DNA of 39,348 nucleotides from Limisphaerales bacterium (GCA_044225505.1 JBGAIN010000069.1:1-39348); one strand, 5' to 3'; positions 19,461 to 27,398 are shown, counted from the first letter of the stretch. Notes: generated by a model from the letters alone, not told the origin. Numbers and translations are program-made.

Positions 19461-21851
19461 ATGAAGCATCACCAACTTTCAAATGCTCGGTGCATCTCTT
19501 CGGTCTTGCTCTGGACGATTTTTATGCTCTGCCCGAGTTTGGGGCATTCCGCCATTGCACCGCGCATTGTTAGCACCGTGTCCGACGGTGCGATGCTGCG
19601 TCTCATTTGGACTGGGGATTCTCCAGCCTATCGCGTGGAGCGGACCTTTGACTTGACTCCGGTCCTCTGGGTCCCTGCTTTATCAACGACGCTCACGAAC
19701 GCTAATTTCCCTCTCTCAGGCACCGCGGTCTTTTATCGTGTGGTGGCAATTCCGTCCGTCGACGCGTCAGAGGTGTCCGATGCGCGACGGTCTCAGATAT
19801 TGGATGCGATTAGCGAAAAAATCGCTTTACTTTCCGGTGACGAGATTGACGCGGATAATCGCGAACTTTTGAGGTTCATGGCGCAATTCCCCGAGTTTGA
19901 TGGCATGGGCATCGCCATCGACGGCGTTTCGATCGCGGCGCGGTTCCGAGACGGGCGGCTGTATACGATTATCAACAACCGCGAAGATCCGGGACCGCAG
20001 GCCTACCAGCCGGGTGGGAATGAGCTGGCGGGTATTCGGCTTCCACTTTTGGAAGCGATGGCAGTTCCGACGGATGCAATCAAGGATCGAAGGCAACCCT
20101 CCCGCGCGCTTGCTGTCACCTCGCCCGTGACAGCCGCGCCGGGCATCCCAGTCTCTCGGCGAGTGGTCTTGTTCAAGGCCACATTGCCGGGCATCAAATC
20201 TCCCGTGCTGGACTATCTAGTTCCTGCATTTGCCAACCGGGGTTATGACGTTCGGAGCGGAGAAGCCACTCTCCCTGCTCTTTTGAACGTTCAGAATTAT
20301 GGCAATGACATTGGTGTGTTCTACATCGATTCCCATGGTGGCCATATGCCAGCCCGGTGGGAGTACGAAGATCCCGTCAATAAGGTCACCGTCGTCGAGG
20401 AGTTTGAAGTGTTTTACGTGATGACTTCCACGATCAAAACGCCGGAGAACGAGACTCTCTACTCATCATCCCTGGAAGCGCAAGAACTGGGTTACGCATC
20501 GTTTGGATCCCTGGTTCTGAAAGGACTCCGCCGAGAAAATGAACCCGGACCGATCGAACCTCCGAAGCCGGTCGAACCCAAGCCGAAAGAGCCTGTTTAT
20601 TATTGTGTCAGCGCCGCCTTTGTGAAACGGCATTGGAGTTTCTCCAAGAATAGCTTGGTTTACATTGACACTTGCCTCAGCGCGAACCCCCTTTCCGATC
20701 CCATGTGGAATCGTTCTTTCGACAAAGGAGCCGCCACTTACCTTGGATGGACCAAGAGTGTCCACGACACCACTGCGTTCCGAACAACTCTTGCGCTGTT
20801 TGATGATCTGTTGGGCGGAAGCCAAATCTTTCCGGCTTCACCCCGCCAACGTCCCTTCAACTTTAGCGACATCAGGACCTTCCTTCACCGAGCGGGCCTA
20901 GACTATGACCACAACCCAAAGCTGGCGGCAGTGCTGACGAGTAAGACGGGCCCAACAGCGAATGGCCAGTTCGCGTTGCTGGCGCCGAGCATTCAATCCA
21001 TGCGAACGGACGAGAGCAAGGGAGAGTTGCTCATTACGGGTCTGTTTGACACCAATGCACCGACCTTAGTCACTCTGTCTCTAGATGGCTCGATTAAAGA
21101 ACTGCCGGTGATGGGTGTGAATGCCAACGGAGTCCTGGTGTGTTCTCTGCCTGCTGCCGATTCGCTGGCATTTGGGAATGTCACCGTCGTTCAACATGGC
21201 CACCGCAGCAACACGGTCCCACTGTCCGCCTGGCGCGTGCGCGGACTCCTCGCCCGGCATTTTGGCCCTGGTGCCCCCCAACCGGCCGCGACTTACGAAT
21301 TCAAGCTCTTCCTTCGCGCTGATGTGCACAGCTTCCGTCGCGCGCCGCACGAGATACCGGTTTTCATTGGAAGCGGCGGCCAGGCAGGCGTGGGTTCAAC
21401 GTGCCGTTTTGTGGAAGCATCGGGGGTGGCTTTCCCAGACGTGGAATCGCCTCTGAACTCGGTGAAATGGATTTCCACGAAGGAACAGCCGATCAACTTA
21501 CCATTGGTTTACACTATTCCAAAGCCATCCGATAGTGATTGGTTTCGTGGTTCCGTCGGATTCAACCCATTGAACTCAGTTTACGTCAGTGTCGAAGCCA
21601 ATGCTCAAGACGCGGTGACCGTCACCGAAACCGTAGTGGATCCTGTGCAAGGTCCGATCGAAATTAGATACCTGTTCAGTCCCGACACCCGCGTTTACAG
21701 CCCGACCTTCAGCAACGGTTCCTGGGACCGCGCTTCGTTTATGATTCAGGCAGGGCAAGGGCCCACCCGTGGAGAAAATGGAATCGTTCGTTGGGAGAAT
21801 TCGCCGGCCCTGAATCCGCCCAGTCAGGACATTCCGGGCTACGCGGAATAA
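19461..21851 (+). CDS. Secreted protein with N-terminal PVC-type ~65-aa domain, putative clan CD (caspase/gingipain/CHAT-like) cysteine peptidase domain and IPT/TIG-like Ig domain
   Basis: Signal peptide (VLLWTIFMLCPSLGHSA); VFYIDSHGG (H292) and LVYIDTCLS (C405), each after a hydrophobic strand, then GAATYLGW; PSI...LLITG.F...GNVTVVQHGHRSN resembles IPT/TIG. The peptidase call is an inference. Confidence 0.65.
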   Translation: MKHHQLSNARCISSVLLWTIFMLCPSLGHSAIAPRIVSTVSDGAMLRLIWTGDSPAYRVERTFDLTPVLWVPALSTTLTNANFPLSGTAVFYRVVAIPSVDASEVSDARRSQILDAISEKIALLSGDEIDADNRELLRFMAQFPEFDGMGIAIDGVSIAARFRDGRLYTIINNREDPGPQAYQPGGNELAGIRLPLLEAMAVPTDAIKDRRQPSRALAVTSPVTAAPGIPVSRRVVLFKATLPGIKSPVLDYLVPAFANRGYDVRSGEATLPALLNVQNYGNDIGVFYIDSHGGHMPARWEYEDPVNKVTVVEEFEVFYVMTSTIKTPENETLYSSSLEAQELGYASFGSLVLKGLRRENEPGPIEPPKPVEPKPKEPVYYCVSAAFVKRHWSFSKNSLVYIDTCLSANPLSDPMWNRSFDKGAATYLGWTKSVHDTTAFRTTLALFDDLLGGSQIFPASPRQRPFNFSDIRTFLHRAGLDYDHNPKLAAVLTSKTGPTANGQFALLAPSIQSMRTDESKGELLITGLFDTNAPTLVTLSLDGSIKELPVMGVNANGVLVCSLPAADSLAFGNVTVVQHGHRSNTVPLSAWRVRGLLARHFGPGAPQPAATYEFKLFLRADVHSFRRAPHEIPVFIGSGGQAGVGSTCRFVEASGVAFPDVESPLNSVKWISTKEQPINLPLVYTIPKPSDSDWFRGSVGFNPLNSVYVSVEANAQDAVTVTETVVDPVQGPIEIRYLFSPDTRVYSPTFSNGSWDRASFMIQAGQGPTRGENGIVRWENSPALNPPSQDIPGYAE

Positions 21852-21964
21852 ACGGTGAACGGAACCACGATTCGTCGCGGATAATCTCGCCTTAACACCA
21901 AAGACCAGAGGCGTTGCCGAGCCCCGGATGATCAAGCGTCCTGGCTTCTTTAAGCACCAATCGT

Positions 21965-21991
21965 CGAAGCGGCTGTAGGCCTGCCGCTTCG
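21965..21991. repeat. Intergenic 9-bp-stem hairpin (REP-like or terminator)
   Basis: CGAAGCGGC-tgtaggcct-GCCGCTTCG, located between the peptidase-like gene and flagellin. Confidence 0.45.
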
Positions 21992-22179
21992 GAGTTCGCG
22001 CGTGAAATGATCCAACGGCCGGTGGAAGGGAATGATCCAAGGATCATTTTCCTACTCAAGTCCCCACTACGGCTGCCGATAGGAGGGAGGAAACAGTTGC
22101 TTGCAAGCGGCTGTTCACAGTCACCGGGTAAGTCACCAGTAGTCTCCGAAAACAGACCGTTGTTGCCTCGAAGACGGCG

Positions 22180-22195
22180 CGGCACACCGTCAGCA
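22180..22195 (+). promoter_or_regulatory. Putative sigma-54 (-24/-12) promoter of the flagellin gene
   Basis: CGGCACACCGTCAGCA has the GG-N10-GC geometry with GGCAC, ~40 nt upstream of ATG 22234; the -12 part departs from TTGC. Confidence 0.5.
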
Positions 22196-22212
22196 ATGTG
22201 GACTTGCAGGCG

Positions 22213-22230
22213 TAGGATTCACGGACGAAT
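22213..22230 (+). promoter_or_regulatory. Putative CsrA/RsmA binding site overlapping the flagellin ribosome-binding region
   Basis: ATTC-ACGGAC-GAAT forms a 4-bp stem with ANGGA in the loop 3 nt before the ATG; a second GGA lies just upstream (TAGGA). Confidence 0.5.
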
Positions 22231-22233
22231 TGC

Positions 22234-23520
22234 ATGGTCATTCAAACGAATACGGCGGCGCAAACGAGCAATCGACTCTTGCAGCAATCTTCCGGATTGC
22301 TCGCCAGGTCTTTGGCTAGGCTCTCTTCCGGATCCAAGATCCTTTCGCCCGTGGATGATGCGGCGGGCCTCGCTGTCTCGATGCGGTTTGACGCGCAGAT
22401 CACCCGGACCCAGGCCACCGTCAATAACTTGGGAAATGCTATCTCCTATTCTCAGACCAGGGACGGTTACTTGCAAAAGATCGGGAAAGCGTTGGATCGG
22501 ATGAGCGAGTTGGCCGTGTTGGCCCAGGATGCCACCAAAACCGATACGGATCGCGCCCTTTACAACAAAGAGTTCGGCGCTTTGAACACTTACATTAACA
22601 ATGCCGTAACGAAAGATTTCAATGGGGTCAGCCTGTTCAGCAGCACGGCGCTCGACGTCACGGCCGATGCTGACGGCGGCACGCTCCAGCTCGCCGGAAT
22701 TACTACGAATTATTTTGTCGCGCCGCCGCCCCCTCCCGCTCCCCAATTCAATGGCGACATCAACTCGAATGTAAGCAGTGTTATCAACGGGGATATTAAC
22801 GGGAACATCAATGGGAACGTTAATGCCGCCATCAACGGCAAGGTCAACGGGAACATCAACGGCAACGTCAATGCTCCGATTACGGGCAACGTTACCGGCA
22901 ATATCAACGGTAATGTTTCGAGCGATATCACCGGCGATATCACCGGGAACATCAATGGGAATGTTTCGGGCAATATTACGGGGAACATCACCGGGAATGT
23001 TAATGGCAACGTCCACGGCACCATCACGGGAAACGTGAGCGGGACCATCTTCGGCAACGTTGCTGGCACCATCAATGGCAACATTAGTGGAAGCATCAAT
23101 GGCAATGTTTCCGGCAATATCGATGGCACCGTGGGCGGCGGCGTCAATGGGGTTACCTCTGGCACCGTCACCGGCGTGAGCCACGTGAGCAATGCCTCAG
23201 GCAATAGCCAGAGTTCGGCCGGGGACATCAGCACCGTGAGCGGTGCCGCCTCGGCCTTGACGATGGTGAAGTCCGCGATCGACAAGCTGGCCACAGACCG
23301 CGCTACCGTGGGCGCCAGCGTGGCGCGTCTGAACGCGACCACCGAGCATCTGGGAACTCTTAAGGACAACCTTTCCGCCGCCAACAGCCGGATTAAAGAC
23401 CTCGATGTGGCGGAGGAAAGCACGCATTTCGCCCAGGGAACGATCCTGGTTCAGGCTGGCACGGCCATGCTGGCGCAAGCCAATACAGCGCCGAACGCGG
23501 TTCTGCGACTGCTCAGTTAG
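22234..23520 (+). CDS. fliC: Flagellin with a Gly/Asn-rich tetrapeptide-repeat variable domain
   Basis: N-terminus MVIQTN...LARLSSGSKI...DDAAGLAVS...LDRMSELAVLA; C-terminus RATVGASVARL...NLSAANSRIKDLDVAEE...ILVQAGTAMLAQAN...VLRLLS. Confidence 0.93.
   Translation: MVIQTNTAAQTSNRLLQQSSGLLARSLARLSSGSKILSPVDDAAGLAVSMRFDAQITRTQATVNNLGNAISYSQTRDGYLQKIGKALDRMSELAVLAQDATKTDTDRALYNKEFGALNTYINNAVTKDFNGVSLFSSTALDVTADADGGTLQLAGITTNYFVAPPPPPAPQFNGDINSNVSSVINGDINGNINGNVNAAINGKVNGNINGNVNAPITGNVTGNINGNVSSDITGDITGNINGNVSGNITGNITGNVNGNVHGTITGNVSGTIFGNVAGTINGNISGSINGNVSGNIDGTVGGGVNGVTSGTVTGVSHVSNASGNSQSSAGDISTVSGAASALTMVKSAIDKLATDRATVGASVARLNATTEHLGTLKDNLSAANSRIKDLDVAEESTHFAQGTILVQAGTAMLAQANTAPNAVLRLLS
22750..23178 (+). 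repeat. About 35 imperfect 12-bp/4-aa repeats (G-[NDT]-[IV]-[NTS]) within flagellin
   Basis: NGDINSNVSSVINGDINGNINGNVNAAINGKVNGNINGNVNAPITGNVTGNINGNVSSDITGDITGNIN...; preceded by the linker APPPPPAPQ. Confidence 0.92.
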
Positions 23521-23600
23521 AGCGAGTATCCGCCGTGCGCGAGGTTGATCCGTGCACAAATTCATTTCTTTAGTCCTTGGCCTTGGGCAGGCTTCGAGCG

Positions 23601-24149
23601 ATGTGTAAACTGCGTTTCCGATTTGCTCTGGGCTTGTTGATCGGCGGTCTTTTGACCGGATGTGTCGGAATTCCCGATGGCGTCAAACCGATTGAGAATT
23701 TCGCCTTGGACCGGTATTTGGGGCGATGGTACGAGATCGCTCGACTGGACCATTCGTTTGAACGAGGAATGAGCCATGTGACCGCCGAGTATAGCAAGCG
23801 CGACGATGGCAGTGTTCGGGTGCTCAACCGCGGCTATGCCATGGACAAGAAACAATGGAAGACAGCCGAGGGTAAGGCCGTTTTTGTCCGAACACCCCAA
23901 GAGGGTTTTTTGAAAGTCTCGTTCTTCGGGCCGTTTTATGGCTCATACGTGATCTTTGAACTGGATCAGAAGGACTACCAATACGCCGTCATCTCCGGGC
24001 CGAAGAAATCGTATCTTTGGATCCTAGCGCGGACCCCGCAGATCGCGCCCGAGCTTAAGGAACAACTGATCGCCAAAGCCGCTGCCTTGGGCTTTGACAC
24101 CACGAAACTGATCTTCCCCCAGCAAACCCAGCCGCCCGCCGCAGACTGA
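23601..24149 (+). CDS. blc: Outer-membrane lipoprotein lipocalin Blc
   Basis: Lipobox LLTGC; lipocalin motifs DRYLGRWYEIARLDHSFERG, LKVSFFGPFYGSY and YLWILARTP. ATG 23601 is preferred over TTG 23577. Confidence 0.93.
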   Translation: MCKLRFRFALGLLIGGLLTGCVGIPDGVKPIENFALDRYLGRWYEIARLDHSFERGMSHVTAEYSKRDDGSVRVLNRGYAMDKKQWKTAEGKAVFVRTPQEGFLKVSFFGPFYGSYVIFELDQKDYQYAVISGPKKSYLWILARTPQIAPELKEQLIAKAAALGFDTTKLIFPQQTQPPAAD

Positions 24150-24438
24150 TCGATGCGGTCGCGCAACGATTAAGCTACGGATCTCCGTCAGTTTTGGAAT
24201 GCGGTGGCCCTCCAGTGCTGTTCCGGAGACGCTCAAGATCCGGAGCGGTGGCGGATTTGTTGGCCACTTTAAGGATGACGTCGCGTTCGCCGTTTCTCTC
24301 ACAGCTCAGCACGAAAACAGCATCGTTGAGCGCGTCGCCGAAATTGCCGCACCCAGGCGCGTGCGCCAACCCTTTTCCGGGCCGGCCGCGGAGTCTACCC
24401 TTCAAGATCGGTTCCCTGGGGATGTCTTGAGAAGCTCC

Positions 24439-24465
24439 TGTAACCAGGGTGACGAGCTTCCGTTA
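24439..24465 (+). promoter_or_regulatory. Possible ECF-type promoter TGTAAC-N16-CGTTA
   Basis: AAC/CGT geometry typical of ECF promoters, ~170 nt upstream of the 24633 gene. Confidence 0.3.
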
Positions 24466-24632
24466 CGTCGCACGTTTCCTTAATGGAATCCACCTCGTGG
24501 GAAGCAGCCGTGCACCTGATTGTGATCTCAACGGAGTTCGAGTTTATTGCACCTGTCTCCGGAGAGAGCTGCGCGTCGTCGCTCATGCACGAACCACGCC
24601 CGCCCTGACCCGAGGGACAAGACACAAGGACT

Positions 24633-25145
24633 ATGGAAAACCCAATTAAAACACGCAGAGTCGATGGCCAAGGAACTGATTCTAACCCCGATCCAATCAC
24701 CGGCGCACCGGGAGCACATCCCGTAGGAACCGGATTGGGAGCCGCCGCGGGTGGTGCTGCTGCCGGAGCGGCTGTGGGAGCAGTAGGCGGACCCGTGGGA
24801 GCAGCGATAGGAATCGTCGCTGGGGCGATCGCAGGCGGCCTGGCGGGCAAAGGCGTTGCCGAGAAGATCGATCCCACGGTGGAAGATACCTATTGGAAAT
24901 CCAACTACTCCCAGCGGCCTTACGTCGAGAAAAGTTCAACATATGAAACGTATCAGCCCGCATACCGCACCGGTTACGAAGGCTACGGTCGCTATGCCGG
25001 AAAGCGCTTTGAAGACGTGGAATCCGATCTGCAACGGGACTACGAAAAGAATCGTGGTTCCGCTAGCACTTTAGCCTGGGAAAAAGCGAAGCTGGCGACC
25101 CGCGATGCTTGGCAACGGTTGGAGAAGAACTCCCCGTCTCGCTGA
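24633..25145 (+). CDS. Conserved hypothetical protein with glycine-zipper transmembrane segment and a C-terminal DPTVEDxYW...AxRDAW domain (probably stress-related)
   Basis: RBS AAGGA before ATG; NPDPITGAPGAHPVGTGLGAAAGGAAAGAAVGAVGGPVGAAIG...; YQPAYRTG, FEDVESDL, WEKAKLATRDAW. Confidence 0.8.
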   Translation: MENPIKTRRVDGQGTDSNPDPITGAPGAHPVGTGLGAAAGGAAAGAAVGAVGGPVGAAIGIVAGAIAGGLAGKGVAEKIDPTVEDTYWKSNYSQRPYVEKSSTYETYQPAYRTGYEGYGRYAGKRFEDVESDLQRDYEKNRGSASTLAWEKAKLATRDAWQRLEKNSPSR

Positions 25146-25171
25146 GCGGATCGAAATCAATCACCTGCTTG

Positions 25172-25201
25172 GGGGCCGAATCTCAGTTCGGCCTCTTTCT
25201 T
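25172..25201 (+). terminator. Rho-independent terminator
   Basis: GGGGCCGAA-tctcag-TTCGGCCTC followed by TTTCTT, ~27 nt after stop 25145. Confidence 0.7.
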
Positions 25202-25221
25202 AACAACCATTGTATTGATTT

Positions 25222-25344
25222 ATGATTGCCACTGTCATTCCAATGTTTGGTGCCGTCGGCTACTCGATTCTCTATATGCTCCTGGGTGGTGGATTACTCG
25301 GGGCAGCCGTGATTTTTGTCGTCGCAAAAATGTTCGGCAAGTGA
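25222..25344 (+). CDS. 40-aa small membrane protein MIATVIPMFGAVGYSILYMLLGGGLLGAAVIFVVAKMFGK
   Basis: Manual translation, below the ORF-track cutoff; hydrophobic hairpin with a GGG turn and a positively charged C-terminus; AT-rich leader. Confidence 0.7.
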   Translation: MIATVIPMFGAVGYSILYMLLGGGLLGAAVIFVVAKMFGK

Positions 25345-25402
25345 GGTCGAACCTCGGAGCGCGACTCCGGTCGCGCTTCATCCTCTTTCAGCCCTGTTCC
25401 AA

Positions 25403-25589
25403 GTCCCGAAGGGACGGCCGACGAGCCGCGTTGAACGGAAGAACCGGAAATTAAGCGGATCGCAAGGTCGTAGAACCCCAACCGCCCTTTCGCGCCGCGC
25501 TCAGCCGCCCCGCCGGGGCTTGGCCCCTCTCACTGAGCGCACCTGGCGCTAAAGCGACCGGGCTTTTCTCACTTTGTCCCTTTGGGACA
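25403..25589. repeat. REP-like palindrome cluster between convergent genes
   Basis: GTCCC-gaa-GGGAC (25403-25415), GCCCC-gcc-GGGGC (~25507-25519) and TGTCCC-ttt-GGGACA (25575-25589). Confidence 0.6.
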
Positions 25590-25665
25590 GACCAGAATTA
25601 CCGAAATGGCAGTAGGTTGAAACCCGCGCGCCCACGAAGTCGCAGCATTGCCATGCCTGACGCCT

Positions 25666-27147
25666 CTACTCTCTCCGGCGAACTGGCTCTGCCAGCGGTC
25701 GATAAAATTTGGCCAAGATGATAATCAGCGCCGCGTAGACGACAGTGACCAGGATGTTGAATAAGATCCCCAAGTCTGGAGACACTGGCATACGCCCTCG
25801 CGCCCAGGAGAGGTTAAAGATGAGCAAGGTGCCTACCCCGAAGGCGGCCACGAATTTTGCCAGGGTTCCAATTCGCGCGTCGAACACCAGTGGCGTTTTT
25901 CTTGACTGACGGATCCAACGATAAGAGCCACGGATTCCAAATCCCACCACGAGCAAGGCGAGGATCCAATGATTACTGGTCAGTAGTCGGTGCGCCAGCC
26001 AGGGGACTGCGATCAGCGAACCCGCCAACCCGAATACGGCTGCCCGCGCGGAAGCCGCATGTGCGTTCGATGACCTCCCTTTCAAGTCGTTCAAAAACTC
26101 GCTCGATGGGATCGGCACAGGGGCCGGTGTTTCTGCCCAAGTCCCTTCTTCGATCTGGATCTGACGGCGGCGGCGATGGAAGTAAGTCATTCGGACGGCG
26201 GTTTCTAATGCTCCGCAAAAGAAGTAGCCCGCGAGGCCGAACTCCAGCACCCCCGGACGCTGGATGATCTCGGGGCGGCTGACCAGGATGACAATCGGGA
26301 CGATCGCAGCGAATGCCGCGGTGGCGAACCGGAGCCAAATCATGCGCACGATGAACTGCCGCTCGCGTCGTGATGGCGCAGATTCAACTTCTGCTTTCAA
26401 AGTGAAAAAGACGCTGCCTAGGAATGGCATCGCCAGCGCGGCGGAAGGTGTGAAGAGCGGCTTTAACAACCCTTTGGCAAAGGCAAGGATCGGGCCGCTC
26501 GACGTCGCGCCTTGGGCAAATGCGAGCATCGAAACGGCTTTGATCAACCCAACGGGCGCCGCTTGCACGGAGTTGGTGGAGAGAATGATCGTGAGGCTGC
26601 TTGCTCCAATGGCGATGCCCCTCGAGGCGAATACCGTTCTCAATCGGTCAATGGCCCGGCTAATTCGCTTTTGGGCGGCGTCGTCGGTGACTCCGAGCGC
26701 TAGACCCACTTCACGCAACGGTTTGTTTTGGAAATAACGAAGTAATAGAGCAGTCCGATCCGTTTCGTGGAGAGCCTCCATGGCGTCGTCAAGATGAGGC
26801 GCAATCGGCATCCAATCAACTTCGGGGGTGTGCATCGCTTGCAGTTCCTGGGCAGTTTGTTCGCGAACACGGCGTGCGACCTCGTGGCGGACCACATCGA
26901 TTGCTCGACGACGGGTAACCTGATACAACCAGGCGGCCAGCACGGTCTCGGGCGGGAGTCGATCGGCCTGTTTCGCTAACTGTAGGAAGACCGCTTGGAC
27001 AACCTCCTCCGCGAGCTCCGGCGAACGCACCTGACGCATGGCGGCGGAATGCACGAGATCCAGGTGCCGCCGGACCACCTCAGCAAACGCATCTTCAGAC
27101 CGGTGTTGAACGTAACGTGCGAGCAGTTGTAGATCGGTTTCGCTCAT
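25666..27147 (-). CDS. ECF RNA polymerase sigma factor with a long C-terminal multi-pass membrane extension
   Basis: Region 2 (DLQLLARY...EDAFAEVVRRHLDLVHSAA...AEEVVQAVFLQLA...LAAWLY), region 4 (LDDAMEALHETDRTALLLRYF...EVGLALGVTDDAAQKRISRAIDRLR), then several hydrophobic helices. Start ATG 27147 or GTG 27153. Confidence 0.9.
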   Translation of the reverse strand: MSETDLQLLARYVQHRSEDAFAEVVRRHLDLVHSAAMRQVRSPELAEEVVQAVFLQLAKQADRLPPETVLAAWLYQVTRRRAIDVVRHEVARRVREQTAQELQAMHTPEVDWMPIAPHLDDAMEALHETDRTALLLRYFQNKPLREVGLALGVTDDAAQKRISRAIDRLRTVFASRGIAIGASSLTIILSTNSVQAAPVGLIKAVSMLAFAQGATSSGPILAFAKGLLKPLFTPSAALAMPFLGSVFFTLKAEVESAPSRRERQFIVRMIWLRFATAAFAAIVPIVILVSRPEIIQRPGVLEFGLAGYFFCGALETAVRMTYFHRRRRQIQIEEGTWAETPAPVPIPSSEFLNDLKGRSSNAHAASARAAVFGLAGSLIAVPWLAHRLLTSNHWILALLVVGFGIRGSYRWIRQSRKTPLVFDARIGTLAKFVAAFGVGTLLIFNLSWARGRMPVSPDLGILFNILVTVVYAALIIILAKFYRPLAEPVRRRE

Positions 27148-27158
27148 GTTCACACAGT

Positions 27159-27185
27159 TGTCGGAGCCGATCCTGAAATCCGACA
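27159..27185 (-). promoter_or_regulatory. Putative autoregulated ECF promoter TGTCGG-N16-CGACA (also a 7-bp inverted repeat)
   Basis: TGTCGGA (27159-27165) and TCCGACA (27179-27185) lie directly upstream of the ECF start codon. Confidence 0.5.
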
Positions 27186-27398
27186 GCGTTTCGCAGAATG
27201 CCGCAACGCTGAGATTCTGAAACTCGGGTGCGCTAAGGCGCCTGAGCTATTCCCAGTCAGGCCGTCGGCCTGTCAGTCCTGGTGAAGGCATTCAGACGAA
27301 AAACTTCAAGAGTTGCCTCATGCCGATCCGGTTCGACTCTGAAGCGAGCGGCTGTGCCTTCCCCTCGGGTGGCCGTGAATGAAGCACATTACAATGGT

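Noticed and set aside
22007..22504. 165-aa ORF with an internal strong SD-like AGGAGGGAGG, overlapping the flagellin start
   Set aside because: Its Arg/Pro/Ser-rich composition is typical of non-coding frames, and it overlaps a well-supported gene.
22219..23423. Long antisense ORFs (321 and 237 aa) with repetitive sequence
   Set aside because: They are mirror images of the flagellin repeat, which lacks stop codons on the opposite strand.
24192..24222. TTTTGGAATGCGGTGGCCCTCCAGTGCTGTT, a REP-like half element after blc
   Set aside because: It is degenerate and has no partner copy in the window, so it cannot be supported without a genome-wide count.
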